64,000 nt of DNA from Azolla caroliniana (Eukaryota; Plantae; Polypodiophyta): contig JBHGNT010000016.1 of assembly GCA_043228905.1 (NCBI GenBank), forward strand, positions 5,456,001 through 5,520,000. Direction: 5' to 3'. The notes below the pieces were generated by a model that did not search any database, was not told the origin of the DNA, and was given only the letters and a program-made list of their open reading frames with translations. The number at the start of each line of letters is the position of its first letter. Position 1 is the stretch's first letter. Shown here piece after piece: positions 47,980 through 62,039 of the stretch. A program made the translations under genes and the position numbers.

Positions 47980-48182
47980 CTATCTTTGTTTGAAGCTCCG
48001 ATCATTGCACTCTCATCGCAGAACTGGTTATCTTTGATGTTGGAGGATAACTGTCTATCTTTGTTTGACACTCGGACCATAGTGCTCTCATCACAGAACT
48101 GGCAATTTTTGTTGCTAGAAGATAACTGCCTATCTCCATTTGAAGGTCCAATCATAGCACTCTCGCCGAAACATTGCTCAAC
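47980..48182 (-). CDS. KRP: KRP coding exon 2
   Basis: Acceptor TTAG|GTT, donor AG|GTAATG; 203 nt open in frame. VEQCFGES resembles the KRP VExSFGEN motif; phases fit the neighbouring exons. Confidence 0.75.
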
Positions 48183-48333
48183 CTAACATGTTACAGTACA
48201 AAACTTTTCAACGTAGTTCAACTAAAGGCATTCGTATACAAAGATACACACAAGCATTGAAAACAGTAATATCAACAATTTATACAAACGTATGGACACA
48301 CATTGACAAGAGCAAGGAGGAGATGATGTTAAC

Positions 48334-49002
48334 CTCAGCGCTGTTGGCGTGAGAAAGATTCGTGTGGCAATGATCATCATTCATATCCATGCCTTTGAGA
48401 GCTAAATTGGCAAGCTCTTGCCTCCGGTGCCTTGTTAGTATGCCTAAAGGTTGCCTCTCAGCTACACATACAGAGTTGCTTGTTGATCCAGTGGGAGTAA
48501 CTCTTCTCAGATGTACTGAACCTGCATCAATGGCAGAGGATGATTGCATTCGCATACACTCGTTGGGATGCACATTTCTGTTGGGAATAGAATGTGGATG
48601 TCTAGAGGATTCATCATCAGAAATGCTGCACCTGGTCATGGTAGAATTCTTCACCAGATGATAGTGATGTTGATGATGAGACACTACAACCACCACATTA
48701 CCTTTAGCATCATCCTTTTCTGGTGAGTTTCTAGCTATGGATGAAACTCTGGCTGAGACCTTTCTACTTCGGAGCTCCATGTAATTCTCTCTGTGTGGAG
48801 TCTCTTCGATGCCAGTTGTTGTAGGAAAACAGTTGTTTGAACTAATCTGTTTGAGACCATCACTGTTATTGTTAGAAGGTTTTGGTCGGGACCTTGAATC
48901 TCTCTGCAAAGCTAGAGCTCGAGCTCTTGTTCTCACGCCTAGAGAACCTTCCATCACTGGCATCTTGTCCACACATTTCCCTTTTCTCATGTATTTCCCC
49001 AT
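48334..49002 (-). CDS. KRP: KRP/ICK CDK inhibitor, coding exon 1
   Basis: MGKYMRKGK, LGVRTRARALAL and YMELRSRK are conserved KRP N-terminal motifs. Donor GAG|GTTAAC, phase 0. Confidence 0.9.
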
Positions 49003-49133
49003 GGCAGAGGACACCTTTCTCCCTGGTGAAGGAGCCACACTTTCAATACACAAAGAAACCAGAAGAGTAGCTGGGACACAAAGAGGGAGGTTTGAAGTGC
49101 CAATGCAAATCTTCAAAAATCTGTACTTTCTTC

Positions 49134-50230
49134 TGCACTATTACTGACACAACGACAAGGTTCCAGGAAACTTCTAAAACGGTTGTACAATTACTCCTTT
49201 CTTGCTGAGACAAAGAGAAGTCAAGAATGAAAGGAAATGGTAAAGCGGTTCATTTTTCCTGTTATACTTAATCTAAACAGTCGATGGAAACGTACATAGA
49301 GCATGCAGAAGAAAACATCTCCTTTTCTGGTATTGTAGATTTTTTACAACAGTCAAAAAACCATGGCAAAGCTTGAGAACAATATCGCAATGGCCTGCTT
49401 GTCCGTAAGTTAACTAGTTCAGAAGCGAGCACAAAACCTCCTAGTGGGGAGACGTTCTCCTCCTTTCTCTCTGATTACATATGAATAGCTCTGTTTTTAC
49501 ATGCAAATTAGCTACGGTGAAGCGTAAGAAACGGTCGAAACGGAGGTAATTTACAGAGAACTGAAGATGCTTCTCTGATATAAAACCTGAAGATTTTCTT
49601 TGAAGAATTACCTGAAATGTCTCTCTTTCTCTCGGTCACGATTCAAAATCCCTGAAGTAGCGCCAAATCTTCAGTGCAATAGTAAAATTCGGAAGCTAAA
49701 AGGTTTAAAATCTTCTTCAGCATACGTAGTGGAAGAAGAAGAGTTTCCTCGAACGGTTAACTGCGAAACACAGAAGAAGCCAACAGAAGAAGAAGAAGAA
49801 GAAGAAGAAAGTCGGTGACGGCAAAAGCTATGGGGGCCTCTGTCAAGCTTCAGGAAAACGAGAAGCTCGCCGCCGTCTTTGTGAGGGGGGAGGGGAAACA
49901 GCAAGATTACGAAGGAGAAGAGGAAAGGAAACAGGAAGAAACAAAGCCTGGTCGAAGAAAGAGAAGAAGAACGAACGAACGAACGAACGAAGAGCGAAGA
50001 AAGAGAAAGATATTCTGTTCCTTTGACCTGCTCAAATCTCAGAAGCCGGAGGTTTCCATAGCCGGGAAGAATAAACAGAGACACGCCTGTTGTAGGGAAA
50101 AAGAAGAAGAAGAAGAAGAAGAAGAAGAGAAAGAACGAAGGAAAGAGGAGAGCTTCGTGGTCGATTGAGTGCTGACTGGCTATGGCGGAAGAAGAGAGCA
50201 GAGAAACGGGATGCTGGCTGAGACGTTAAG
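49134..50230 (-). other. Putative KRP 5' UTR with CTT-rich leader and an intron (~49134-49610)
   Basis: (CTT)n tracts on the minus strand at ~49787-49808 and ~50103-50126; donor CAG|GTAATT at ~49610; candidate acceptors TGCAG/TACAG at ~49121-49136. Confidence 0.45.
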
Positions 50231-53200
50231 GGAGAAGACGGCCTTTAACCTAACCATGGTTGAGTTTACTAACCATAGTTACGTTTGACTGACCACGGTT
50301 ACAGCCTTACTTATAACTTATAAAGTTTATAACTACACACACTCTTGCCTTTTGTTTTGTTTTTTTTAAAACCTTCTACATATTTCTTCAGAAGTCTTTC
50401 CTTGTCGATGTTTATCTCTCTCTCTCTTTCGAGCCGCAATTTCCTTCTCTTTTATATACATATAGCTTTAGGCTACATTTTCCCGGTGTTCCTCGACCAA
50501 ACTTTTATATCATGGAGTAATCTCTTACATCCCATGTGTTTTCCCTCGATCTTATAATTGTGTAAGTATCAAAAACTAGATAGAGCCATTCCATTGCTAG
50601 AGCAAGTTCAATTCATGTGTTCACTTCAACAATCTTGTATAGATGATCGACAAAGGCGGGATCTATAGAGACAAATGGTCCCAAATATCATGTGCGCATA
50701 ACCTTTGATGCTTGTCTTGCTTATGTATACTGTTCTTCATTGTTTAGAGTGTCGTGAAAGTCGTATCTTCTAACCACAATCTCAGGCACTACAAAAGGCA
50801 ATGATCATTTCCAAAATAAGAAAACCTTATCTTCACATCCTTTGTGTCCATGTGCACGTCATGCCATGGTAGAAAGGCTACCTACCATGCATGTTACCAC
50901 CATATACTTTGTTTTTGCTTGCCCTTTGTTAGCAACTTTACGATCTTCTACTTTGAGTACTTTTTTAACTCATCATTTTCTATGGAAGTCTTGTGCAACA
51001 TCACTTCCATTCTTCTGTACAATTGTTGTGAAAAAAGGGTTACAAACTCTGACTCTTTGTTTCTTGTGATGATCGTTATTATTGATCAACTACTCCAACA
51101 ACCTAGACTCTTGTGATTGATTCATGGTATTTCCATCATCAAAACATGTTGTTCGTGAATGAGATATTTGTTGCTTTATGCATGTACTTGTCGTGCTTCT
51201 TTCTATCTCGCTTTCTCTCTTTGTCATTTGTTGGATGCTAGATGCATTTTCTACGGTATACACTATAAGAGAGTATACCAACGTAAGCAATCTCGATGCA
51301 TCCCAAGCAATGAAAGTATCAATATGACAAACACGAGAGAAATGGTGGTGCACAAGACAAATGCAATGGTTCTTAAGCCATTTATGGTACATGCAAGAAT
51401 ATAGATGCTCATTAACCTTCACGAGTAAAAAAGCATAACTAAGCTCCAAGTAAAAACAAAAACAACATATTGTAACAATCGAGTGTCACGATAAGCTTAC
51501 AAACTTATTGGAATATTTCTTTGCCACAATTTTGTTCCATGTTTTAAAAGGGAAAACTCCAAAAGCTAGTGTCGCTTTCTGTGAAAGAGGTAATTGCAAG
51601 AATCACCTTCCCAAAATTCGCTCATTTAAATACGATGTGTATTCTACTTCTTGAGTTATTTTGGCTCCATGAATCCGATTCTCGAATTGTCCCCCGCGTT
51701 CAACGGCTTCTTGTGAATGTAATTGTAGTAATCCAATCCTCGCGCATTATGATTGTATATCGACTAAATGTTAAACAACCTAAAAACACAACAACTTTAG
51801 AGGCCAACAAATGTTGAGGGACATAACATATCGGACGCTCTTCAGGTTTTAAATGGAAGTCGGGGGAATCATGATATTGATTGTTCTTTATTGCAAGACT
51901 CAGATTGCCGGTGAGAATGACCATCGACCCAACGATAGCCATTTGGGCAAAACATGTAAGTAGATGGATTTGGCGGGGGGGGGGGGAGGGTCTCTCTTTC
52001 ATGGGCATGCCAAATATAATAGCCAAATGGTATGCTTTGATATAAGTCGAGGAATGGGGACCGTCAAATGTAACGGCCGCGGGAGGGGGCTTCCGTTTTA
52101 ACAGACGGCAGCCTCGGATCCTCTCTATCTTTTCCTCTGCTTATTTACTTTATTTTATTTTAGTTTTTAATGGTCCAAAATAAAAAAAAAATAGGAAGCC
52201 GTAGGGTCTAGATTCTCCTCCCTCCAGAAAAAATATAGAATACAATTTCTATAATTAATAATGCTCACTATTTCTCCATCTTTTTTATTTCTCAAAAAAC
52301 AAACAAAAATACAATAATAATTAAAAAATATTGTACTCCTTTTTTATTTACCGCCTTTTTGTTATTCTATTAGGATTATTATTGGTTTTATTTTGCTCGT
52401 TTTTATCTATGTACATACATATACCATGAAGTGTGTTTTTTTTTTTCTCTTTATTTTGTTCTTGGTTTTTTCAAGTTATTATTATTTAAGTTTTTTAGCT
52501 GTCCGTGCAAACATTTTCAAATAAATTATCCATTTGTTTTTTGTTTTTTGTTTTTTTTTGGGGGGGAGGGGTGTAAAATTAAAGGCTTAACACTTTTTTT
52601 AAATTTCCAATACATTAAATATATATATATATATAATACTTAAATTTATTCATAGACCCCCCTAGATATTTTTCTACTATTAATTTTTTTGTTGTATATA
52701 TTTAAATATGTAGAGACCCCTACAAAGCGTAGATATCTAAGACCCTAGATTTATTTATTTTTTCCAATGTTAATTTGTTTGCTTTTTTGCTTTTGTTTTC
52801 GTGTTTCTGATGCCCTAACATCCCCAACTCACTTAAATATATATATACATATATAGAACTAAAAAAAATCCATTCATTTGTTTGGCGTTATTGTTTTGTT
52901 GCTTTTTTTTTAAAATTACCTTAAGTTTGGCTCTTCATCACCACCACCATCATCCTCTCCTTTTGCTTTTGGTTTACAAAAATATCAAATCATACCCCCC
53001 TGCCAAGTACCCTCTTATCACACCCACCTCTCGTCCATTTGAGGCCAGTGTCGCTACGAAACAAAGCTTTTATCTATTAAAACTTCGTCATGAAGTTACC
53101 ACCCGCATTGATTCGTTTTTGTCTTTCTTTGTTTTAACACAACTCGTGCTAAACATCCCACAATATGAGTCGAATCTCCATCGATCTCGACACTAATCTT

Positions 53201-56200
53201 TGTTATCATCTGACTCAACGAGCAAGATTATCAGCAAATTCCTTAAAAATCAAACTAAATCATAACTTTATTTCAAGGATATTGACTAAGAGTATGTGAT
53301 ATAGTAACATCCCTCTGAATTCTAGTATGTCATACACATTAGGACGTAACGATCAAATAAATGTGGGTCAAATCATATGTTGATGCTCGATGATGCATTC
53401 ATTATGGCAATAATAATAGTAATAATCCAAACAACAACATGCCATAGGACGAAAGGGCTTTGCATGCCTTCAATGCGTGTAAACCCTTCTTGTACTATTC
53501 AACCCATTGAGCATCTATGTGTATGGAAGCATTCTCATTTTACAAGGTTCCAATGTGGTTAAACCTAGCATGCTAATCAAGTTAAACACGTAAATGATCC
53601 CAATGTGTGTTGTTGAGCTCAAGTTGGCTTCCTAGTGGCATCTTCCTAGGGCTTTCATAAGTGACCAACCCAAACCGATTCTCGAGGACATTTATAATGC
53701 TAGAAAAAACAATCCGCCGCTCAATGATCCACGATGAAGAAAAGCTATTACGTGTCTTAAATGCACCTAGAATAACGTGTTAAAAAAACTCTCCTACATA
53801 TAGAGCATCTATCCATGTTACTAATTTCATTTTCCTGTGTTTACCAATGTTGCCAATCTTAGCTTATTCATCGAATTTACCATGTTGTGAGTTAGAGTTG
53901 CCTTCCAAGAAGCATCTTTCCAACTTTCCTAAGTGGCTAGTGTATAATCCCAAGTTATCCATAACAAGATGTGCAAAACAAACACATCCCAATCCTAAAC
54001 CTCGATATTCTACTAGGAAGAAAAGCCTATGTGTGTCTTCGACGTACTTATTTCTTTATGCCTAAAACTTCTTCTACATGTAGAGAATCTAGGTATATGG
54101 TACCTTTTGTGATATTATGGGGTTCCCAATGTGGCCAATAAAATTCAATATAATGTGTGCATGTGCATGTTGAGTCATTGTTAGAGCGGGCTTCAATGTC
54201 CATAAGCGAACAAATGCAACAACGACATGTTGATCCTTGATCACACGCTCATTATCCCATTAGAAAGTAAGACATCCAAATTATGGATATTCTAGTGGGA
54301 AGAAAAGTGTGCATTATGCTCAATTTTCACTTGTTTCGATGTGGCTAAAAACTCATCTACAAATACAAAATTTAATGTATGGCAACAAAAAAAGGCCACG
54401 TGTTGCATATGACACAATGTTGTATTTTAAAGTCAAAATAGGAACATGGCCTCTTTGAGATTATTAGAGGTAGTTGAAATTTGATGAATGTCCAAAACAT
54501 GCCCTACAATGGTCCTCTATAATCAAATTTGGATACTTTGGTCTACCTTCAAATTTCCACAAAGAATTTGCATTGCAGAATATTTGAAACTATTTGTCTT
54601 ACATTTGAGGAAAATGGTAGATGTTGCATTAACCATGAGAAACATGTGTTATAGTACATTTTGCTAAATTTGGGATGAAGTCTCACACCTTGAATGCAAC
54701 CAATTTGGAAGATAATGGAAAGAGTACATAATGAATGTATCTAAAACACATCTACATCAATTAATGCATGGGGTAAATGATACCATTTCAATAACGTCTA
54801 CTATTTTGTCCTTCAATATGTGTTAAAGGTAGGTTTTGTTTAAATTTTGAGTCACCCTAGTATTTTGCACTTTGATGGAACTAACAATAATAGGTTGTGG
54901 GTCACAAGCGAGGTCTAGTAATATTAATTGTCACACTTACGGAGGATTTCATCCTTCTTCTGGCTTCCTTGTCTCTTGAGGTAATTCCTCTGACACACAC
55001 ACACACTTTCTCTCTTTATGCTTGAGGATGGAGTTCCATGAGGGATTACCATAATGCTCTTACTTTCTTTCTCGCTTAGCACTCACTCATATTATGAACA
55101 TATTAAATAACAATGACACTAAGATTATTAGCATAGATGGTGTTAAACGCTTTGCATCGTGCTACAATCCATCATGACTCGTATCTACATTGATAAGACT
55201 AAGTTGCTTATAAATCCAACAACCTTCGACCTCTACATATTGTGTCACTCTCTTTCTCCTTGCATTTGTTGCCCTCTTGTATTTGTTCTCACATCGGTCT
55301 CCCATGATTAAGATGATGGGTCGATGAGACCATCGTACCCTTCGTATGAGCCCTAGGATCGCGTGTTGTATTCGTCCTTTTTTTCTAAAACTTGCTTGTT
55401 ATTATATACCTACAACTTGCCTTGAGAGTGAGAAAAAAATATTAGTGACTATATAAATTTGGAATAATTGATACCATCATTTGAAGCCACAACACAATCA
55501 TGATTCACATGTATGCAATCTTATTATCAAACATTACAAAAATCAACAATAAATTTGAAGCTTTCTCCCATCATTCATTTGTGCTACCTCACGTAGTCCT
55601 TTTGAAGAAGTATAAGATGATAACAAGATGTTGCTACATGCTCTTGCAATGGTTTAGACACACAAATTAGCAAAGAATGTATGTAATGACTTATCAAATA
55701 CACTTATCTAACAACAATGTAATTATAGATCAACGAGGCTTGAATAACATATATGTATGTTGGATCTAGTGCAAATAAATAACAACACTACAAACATTTG
55801 CACGATTCTATTCCAAAAAACAAGCAACAATCAAGAAATCTGGCGAAATGTTGGTGTAGGAAGACTCTAGAAACACTTTCGACAATAATGACATGAGACA
55901 ACATACGTGACAGATAAGGGCTTTATCAACGAAGAGGCTACTATGCCTGTCACGTAACCACCTTTGTGGATTACAAATATACAAGATGGAACATGATATA
56001 TATTAAACTCCGAACCATCTTATGCAGCATGTGATGATTGCACGTAACATCCATGCATGGGGATATGTTGGACATATATAGCCCCTACAAACCTTAATTG
56101 ATCCTTTTACTCCCCCTTACACATGTCTTGAATGCTTACCTACACACAGTCCATGTGTAAGATTCCCAATAAGTGTACATCTTGGCTATTTGTAGCCTCG

Positions 56201-59200
56201 CAAAGTTGCTGGAGATGAGAGTGTTTGTGACAATAATCACTACACAACATCAACGGAAAACACAATATTAACAAAACAAAAGTAGAATCGAATGTCCAAA
56301 CCAAATATTGCATCAAAACTACGGATATGAATGAAAATAACTAATAGGATGCAAATAAATATTTTAATACATTTTTTATTTGTAGTCACCCAAGGCTTGA
56401 GGATAAGTTGTTGCAATGTCAGGAACAACAAACATAAGTCAACGGTAAGAAGGGCACAACCACCAATGCTCATGGTGGTACAACCATAGATCGAGGAAGG
56501 ATCTGCTTATGGCTACTAAGGATATCCCAATGATAGACATCTAGCTTGAGATATTGAGAGGGATATTCGAAAATGGAAGGACAACTCTCTTGAAAATATA
56601 GGAAGCAACGTAAACTTCCTAATTAAAAAATGAGGGAGTCTTATTTTCCCTAACAATCCTTATGAAATGACCCTTCTTCCTTCAAGAACCAAGTTAGAGA
56701 CAAAGACATACATCATTGACTAACTCTGGAGCATCATCGAATTTGCCTTCAAGAAGATACAACGAACCCATCAAAGTTGGATAGCGAGCACTTTCCTAAA
56801 CATCCCAAATTTCACTTCCAAGGTAAAGACAGATACACAATTTTAAACAACCATGACATAGTTTTCAATTTCAAAGAGCTATGACATAAACTTTTTGGTG
56901 TTGAAATTAGACTCTATTTTCACATCCAATAAGGTACACACATAGTTTCAAATCGCTATGGTTGATGATGCCACAACATAGCTTTGGTGTTGGAGTTATA
57001 GCCTTATTACTACACATGCATGGACCATTTGCTGATCGTGAAAAGAAAAAAAAAAGGAAGCAAATCAAACTATGGGAAAACTCACTCACATTAGTGGTGG
57101 TGTTGGTGTGGAGTTGTGCTCATGAGATATGTATGCATGGCCTTCACGTGATATGCAAGAGAAGAAGGAGAGGCTCTTTGTGCTCTTGGTCACGTGACAT
57201 GGCAAAGATAAGGCCCCAACGGAATTCTAGTGATCACGTGATAGGTTTTGGCCCATATGGGGTTTGTTTGAGTTCTTCTAGAAATGAATAGTTAAAAAAT
57301 AAATAGAAGAACCGTTCAAATAAGTTTTTCAAACTTTGGGGCTTAGCCTAGTTAAAAAGTTTGATAATAATAATAGATAAATAAATAATGCCTTTGTTTA
57401 TTTGTACTTACATAGTATAGTGTCTTCACTTTTCACGATACCCCCACCCCCCTTACGTTTCTTTTATTTCCAAAAATGCCCCTCCCTATCTTTCTCTTTA
57501 TATTTCCTAAAATTTCATTGGAGTGAGCTCTTTTCTTATCTCTCCACCAAATGCTCCTACCTACATTTTTCGCAATTACCTTCCCTCCAATAACCCAAAG
57601 TCAACCTAGAAGAGAGTTTTTTTTTTGAGATGATTGTGCTCAAATAGCATATATTTGGATAACGATATTGTATAACATGTAGTCAAAAACGACATTGAAT
57701 GAGGGCATTTGGTGCAGCCTTAGGCGTATTTAAAGAAAAATGTAGGGGTTGTTTCTAGGATACTTTGTTTCAATCTTTGCATAGATTCACAATATTTGTC
57801 TCAAGCTTCTACTATTAAAGGATTCTATTGAGTGGGCTATCCATGATGATATGATCCATGATCAACACCTATAAACATTGGAATGAAATGAACCCGTGTC
57901 AAATAGAACCTTAATTATTATTCCAATTTATACAAGTCTATTTCATTTAGCAAGTTGATCTAGTCACATTTTCCCATATTGAACCAATGAGAACGTTATG
58001 TAGGTTACAAACAACATAATTTCATGTTAGATATTGGATGCATATAGAATTTAAGTTCGCTAACAAATACATGCCATAATTTGGGATGACAAAATGTGAA
58101 CGAAAATCACTATATGCTTACATAGTTTATCAACATGGCCAATTATAACTCTTGAATGTATTTAGGAAAGAATCATTTTGGGCATGCGGATACTCATTCA
58201 ATGTTTCTATCACAATACTACAGATGGATGTAGTGAGGACGTACTTTATGCATTTGGGACATCCTTAACTTGAAGACCATCAAAATGAATCACCAAATCA
58301 AACTTGAAAGATTGACATATAACTAAGATCGAAGTAATATAAGGGAGAAAATAAAGTATAAATCTCTCTATTTCTCTCTCTCAATGTACACATGCAAAGC
58401 AAATAAGATATAGAAATATAAAAAACATCAAGCTCTTCAAATGTCACTATGTCAAATTTTGTACACTTGCACAAAAGATAAAGTAAATAAAGAATGCAAA
58501 ATCCCAATCCCTCTTTACCTACATAAATAATAATAATACAAAACAATCATCTCCATCGTACGTGCATCTAAAACCTTAAATCAATAAAGAAATAAAAAAT
58601 AATCACAATTCCATATACTACTAGTATGGAAAGTCACAAGAGAAAGACGATCATGCTTGGAGGAAATTGTTGATGATGAAGAGTAACCCAATGAGAAAAT
58701 ATATATGGAATAAGAAAGAGATTGGCCAGGCATGGGACTACTTTAAAGATTTTAAGTACACAAAACAAACTTATTTACTTCTCGAAGGTGTATATGTCAC
58801 TCTTTTTGTCGTATAGGAGCTGAACTAATAGGAAGAGAAGTGAGACCTGGTATTTAACTCGCGCAACGACAATGCATAAAAAAACAGGACCACCCAAAGT
58901 TGAAAAGTTTTCTAGCGACATGCTCTAATTAAATATCATTGATTGCTACAACATGATCAAAACTATTTGTTCTAGAAATTTGTTGTCATGGCAACCACAT
59001 TTTTTTATAGCCTTTTTAAAGTGCATTGTGTTTGTTTTTCACTACTTGCATTAAGACGATGTGAATATTGTAAAGCCACTTTTTGGGGAAAAAAGTATGA
59101 AGCGCGTTTGGTATGTTTTCTACTCCTTGCGTTATAGACAATGTGAATATCACAGGGCCACTTTTCAGGAGAAACTAAACATGTGAGGAACCTTTATAGC

Positions 59201-60954
59201 GAACACAAGAACTTTCATAGTGAGCACAATATCAACCTTGTCGATGATCTTAAATTAAAATTGCTAAGAATTTTTCCAATGAGAACTCAGAACAACCTCA
59301 AACGTGTTGCTTGTGAATTGAGTATGGACTCTTTACTATTGCAAGAAACAACCCTTATTGTTGTATCATCATGTATAAATATTAAGATTTATTTAAAGTC
59401 TCTTAAATGATGTAGAAAGGTGGTCACCCCCCATCTCACTTTTTATATCTCTTGGTGAGGATTTCACGAGGTGAACATTGGCTACATAATGCCAATGTAA
59501 TTAGGCCCAAATTACATCATTACAACTTTTACTACCCATTCAATCATCTATCGTGGCTTTGGTAATCTCCAAGTTTGAGAACATTGAAAAGGTGTTTAAT
59601 ATGCATGGGGTGTCTTTTACATTGATGACCACTAACTTATTGACTTAATCTATATACATATATGCTCACAACTATTATGAATGTGTATATGCATGTTGTG
59701 GACATGTGTGTATTGAATATCGAGCACTCAATCGATGGATGTCTATCATCAAGCAGAAATATTCTCTTATGTTTGTAGTTCTAAACATGGTTCTTTCAAA
59801 AAGAAAAATGTACTCTGGAGTCCGAATTATCCCTTTGCATAAGACTCATGCACGATCCATGATTGTTCCCCCCGTATTTGCTCAACGGTGATGTGAATTG
59901 CTTCCTCGTAGCTCTATATGCAAAAGATATAAAAACGGTGAGTTCACAAAACCAATTGACCATTCACTATGCCTTTGGTGGAGAGTTAAAATAACTCTTA
60001 GGAAAGTTAATGATTGGCTTCAATTGAGAGAGTACTTGCAAATTTCGATGCCAAACAAAGAAACCAATAGAAGTAGATTACATAGAAAAAAACAATTGTT
60101 TGGGTAGTTCAACTTCTATAATCTAAATATCACATCATACTCACAAAGAAAAAGAATGACTTGTGTCCTTCATCTAATCACATTGTGAAAACATGTGCTA
60201 CTCACTAGAGGAGTGCATCATTTTAAATTACAAATTGGATCTAATAACAACATACCTGGATTAAGTGGATAGGAATACCACTTGTTATTGGAGATTGGGT
60301 TTTATATGTGGATTGGTTGGCGAGAAACTGTGAATTTTAAATATATAGGTCCCACAAATGATTTGTTATAGGTTTCACATTACTTGATTGGAATCCTAAA
60401 TTTGAAATATGCGAATAATGTGTGGTGGTAAAGTTTGTTGTTCGCAAAATAAGGTACTAGTAAGACATTTTGAGCAATGGTTTTGGTGTTGCACTCATTA
60501 CAAAGTCTCTGTAGGTTTCATGTTGTGTTTCACAGAAATTTGTTTCACAATGTCGTTCAAGTTGCTCATAAAAACATGTCACTCATGTTGCCGTTCTTTT
60601 GGTAGTGAAAACCCCACCACAAACCTTTTAGATTTTCATGTTCGATAAGAACCTTTTGGAGCTACAAAATCCGTGCATGTACAAGACTTTAGACTCATCC
60701 TTTTTAGAGTTTTCGAGAATTCTTGACCCTTAGCATGGTTCATCCTTCATGGGAAGACTCGAAAAATACGCTTACAACTTTACCCTAAAATTAGCTTTAC
60801 TTCCTCAAAATACACTCTAGGAGGTGTATGAAGGCGCGTGAAAAGCCGATGGGGTTGACCTTGAGAATCGTTTGACTAGCACACGCTAATTGCTTAAGAT
60901 CGGGTTTGACTAAAGGGCACATGCAAAGGGAATGAAGGGAAGTTGAAGACTATG

Positions 60955-61286
60955 AGGGGATATTAAGGAAGGATTAGGGGTAAGTGGGCAGATTAAGGAA
61001 ATGTTTCCATATGTTGGGAAATCAAAGAATGCTTAGAAGTTAGGGGTATGCGGGGAGATTAGGGAAAGCTTAGGGGTATGTGGAGGGATTAGGAATAGCT
61101 TAGGGGTATTTGGGAGATTAGGGAAAGTTTATGGGTATGTGGGGGAGGTTAGGGAAAGCTTAGGGGTATGTGGTGAGATTAAGGAAAACTTAGAGGTATT
61201 GGGGAGATTAACGAAAGATTAGGCGTATGTGGGGAGATTAGCGAAAGATTAGGGGTATATGGAGAGATTAAGGAAAGCTCAGGGGT
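60955..61286. repeat. ~30-bp G-rich minisatellite, ~10 copies
   Basis: Unit approximately TTAGGGGTATGTGGGGAGATTAGGGAAAGC. Confidence 0.88.
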
Positions 61287-62039
61287 AAAAATGGTGACAG
61301 TACTGGACAGAAACTGTAAAGAGCAAAGCAGAAACGGCGATGGCGATGGCGTTGGCGATGGGTTCTTCCCATCTCTCCCTATCCCTCGCTCTTATCCAGA
61401 AATCTCAGCGATTCCATCATCTTCATCATGTAAGATCTAAACATATCTACCCCTTCTCTTTCGCTCTCTACTCTTTTTTTTTTGTTTTTTTGTTTCTGTA
61501 CTTTTCCTTCATTAATACTAGAAATCAACATAAAAAATCATCTATATCTCGTCTTATTCTGTATGTTTTTTTTTTCGGAATTATTGACTAAGCGTATATG
61601 AAGAGATGAAAAGGAAACGTAATACAGTGACGGATCAGAAAAAGACCATTGTTTTCGTTCTCTGTTGTACGTGACATTTCTTGAATCGTATGTGAGAGAT
61701 CGCAATGCATATGACAGGAAACGTATAACGTAAGATGAAATGTTTGGAATAAAATGTAGATAAAATGTAGAAATGTTTGGGGTTATACATGAGATAAAAT
61801 GTAGAAATAGAAGAAAAATGTTTTGTGTAAGTCTTAAGATCAAGATGTGAGAGGCCCCTATTCGGCCGAAATGCAGATGGGAAAGAGAAATTCTAATGAA
61901 GGGAACAAAACGAAAAGAAATGTATAAGACCTCTACTATAGATTTCCTTTAAAATGAGTGTCTTTTCTCATAATTGATCATTACTTCGTGCATGACATGG
62001 AAATATTTACGGAAGGAAATAGAATGCCCTTGGAAATAT

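Noticed and set aside
49003-49116. Upstream extension of the KRP ORF (278-aa track ORF)
   Set aside because: It starts at a non-ATG codon. MGKYMRK at 49002 is the conserved KRP start, and the ORF's last ~17 codons are intron read-through.
52059-52112. Cluster of AACGG/GACGG-like motifs as an MSA promoter
   Set aside because: Matches are partial, no adjacent gene is evident, and chance occurrence cannot be excluded.
50345-60648. Short ORFs across the AT-rich upstream region, including a CARH motif at ~50850
   Set aside because: No coherent domain, splice pattern or codon signal; probably intergenic DNA or very old repeats.
60955-61286. Interstitial telomere
   Set aside because: TTAGGG is embedded in a 30-bp unit rather than forming a tandem TTTAGGG/TTAGGG array.
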